64,000 nt of DNA, taken from a virus. The stretch lies in the IMG/VR virus record IMGVR_UViG_3300033148_006102, positions 64,001-128,000 of that record; one strand, written 5' to 3'. The notes beneath the pieces were generated by a model that had not been told where the DNA came from, ran no database searches, and saw only the letters and a program-made list of their open reading frames with translations. The translations under genes and the position numbers were made by a program. Numbering within the stretch: the stretch's first letter is position 1; every line of letters starts with the position of its first letter. Shown here one piece after another: positions 62,988 to 64,000 of this stretch.

Positions 62988-64000
62988 TTCGGAGTTCGAC
63001 GAATCGTATGTTCCTGTACGCTGTGCGTATGACGTAGTACCTGAAGAGCTTGCAGCTCCAGAGGACGAGTATCTCTACTCCGGACCTCGTGATAAGTCAC
63101 GTCCAGATCTTTTGATAGACGAATACCGGAATATACCGCCATTATACGATGGTGCGGATGTCCTGCGGTATTCGGATGTTGCCGCGCAGTATCTGTTCGT
63201 TATGGGCCGACCGTTCAATCTGATAGATCGGCCATTTCTGCGTGAGATTATGGACATTGACTCTCGCGAGACGCACTTGCAGTGCGGTCGCCAGGTCGGT
63301 AAGTCCATTACGATGGCGTCGGAGCTGATTATTCACGGTACTGGCGTCCCAAACTACCCACAACTGTACGTAACGCCACGAGGTGGGCAGGCATCTGTTT
63401 TCTCGCGTGACGTGTTCAACGCTATCTGTAAGGACTCTCCGGAGATTATTCCGTTTGTATCAGGTGAGGCTACTTGGCAGGTGAACGCCCGCGAGTTCAC
63501 AAACAGATCTCGTACATATTTCCGTTCGGCCTTTCACACACCTGACGCTATTCGCGGAATTACGGCAGGTCGTATCATTTACGACGAACGACAGGACTTG
63601 GTATCTGATTTTGTTGCAGTCATTAACGAATGCGCTGCCAACTTCCCTGATCGTCGTACAAAATTCGTCGGTACACCAAAATCCAAATCGAACATGCTAA
63701 GCCGCGATTTTTATAAGTCGACGGCATGCGAATGGTTGGTGCGTTGTGACGCATGCAATCATTACAACTACCAAGACATGTCGATTATTGGTGATACTGG
63801 TTATATCTGTCAGAAGTGCGGCAAGCCAATTGACGTTAGTAGCGGTTGTTGGGTACCAGCGAATCCGTCCAAGGTCGGTGATTCAAACGGTTATCGAATC
63901 ACCCAGATGATGAACCCGAATGTTAGTTTTGCAGACGTCAAGCGAAAGATTGAGGATCAGGCGTCTACCGAGCTGACAGTCCATAACGAGATTTTCGGGT
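62944..64000 (+). CDS. Terminase large subunit (GpA-like), 3'-truncated; TTG start tentative
   Basis: Hand-translated open frame to the window end: CGRQVGKS, RGITAGRIIYDERQD, VGTPKS, CDAC..CQKC. Confidence 0.85.
   Translation, partial: MSVQQEAEDQTPAHDSEFDESYVPVRCAYDVVPEELAAPEDEYLYSGPRDKSRPDLLIDEYRNIPPLYDGADVLRYSDVAAQYLFVMGRPFNLIDRPFLREIMDIDSRETHLQCGRQVGKSITMASELIIHGTGVPNYPQLYVTPRGGQASVFSRDVFNAICKDSPEIIPFVSGEATWQVNAREFTNRSRTYFRSAFHTPDAIRGITAGRIIYDERQDLVSDFVAVINECAANFPDRRTKFVGTPKSKSNMLSRDFYKSTACEWLVRCDACNHYNYQDMSIIGDTGYICQKCGKPIDVSSGCWVPANPSKVGDSNGYRITQMMNPNVSFADVKRKIEDQASTELTVHNEIFG

Noticed and set aside
62984-63037. ATG overlapping the 62987 stop as the terminase start
   Set aside because: That frame stops after 17 codons; terminase motifs are in the frame of 62944/62986.
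149-63363. Numerous minus-strand and nested alternative-frame ORFs in the track
   Set aside because: They shadow longer motif-bearing plus-strand genes or RNA genes and lack SDs or recognisable motifs; only 46283-46588 was kept.

Overview
The window is a nearly all plus-strand segment of a large tailed (myovirus-like) bacteriophage genome with three blocks. (1) ~1.9-21 kb is a translation-support island: 32 tRNA genes (many structurally non-canonical), a tmRNA, a Ro60/TROVE gene followed by four Y-RNA-like genes, a PTH2-type peptidyl-tRNA hydrolase, a frameshifted metallophosphoesterase, a dCMP deaminase, four HNH endonucleases and many small ORFs. (2) ~21-46 kb holds baseplate/tail/fibre genes, an SF2 helicase, a metalloprotease and a holin-like gene. 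(3) ~46-64 kb holds head-associated proteins, portal, a single-chain beta-beta' RNA polymerase with an intein, a baseplate spike and a 3'-truncated large terminase. The best candidate for an undescribed system is the RNA island as a regulated unit. Leader-peptide/antiterminator/terminator (attenuator-like) modules sit in front of tRNA sub-arrays, and many island ORFs have their stop codon inside the next tRNA, so tRNA maturation would create tmRNA substrates. The island also has extra tRNA mimics: a free-standing circularly permuted tRNA and an unknown 122-nt structured RNA. A 19-bp palindrome recurs before five gene starts outside the island. All calls were made by eye with no database searches, so product names are motif-based and RNA structures are hand-folded.
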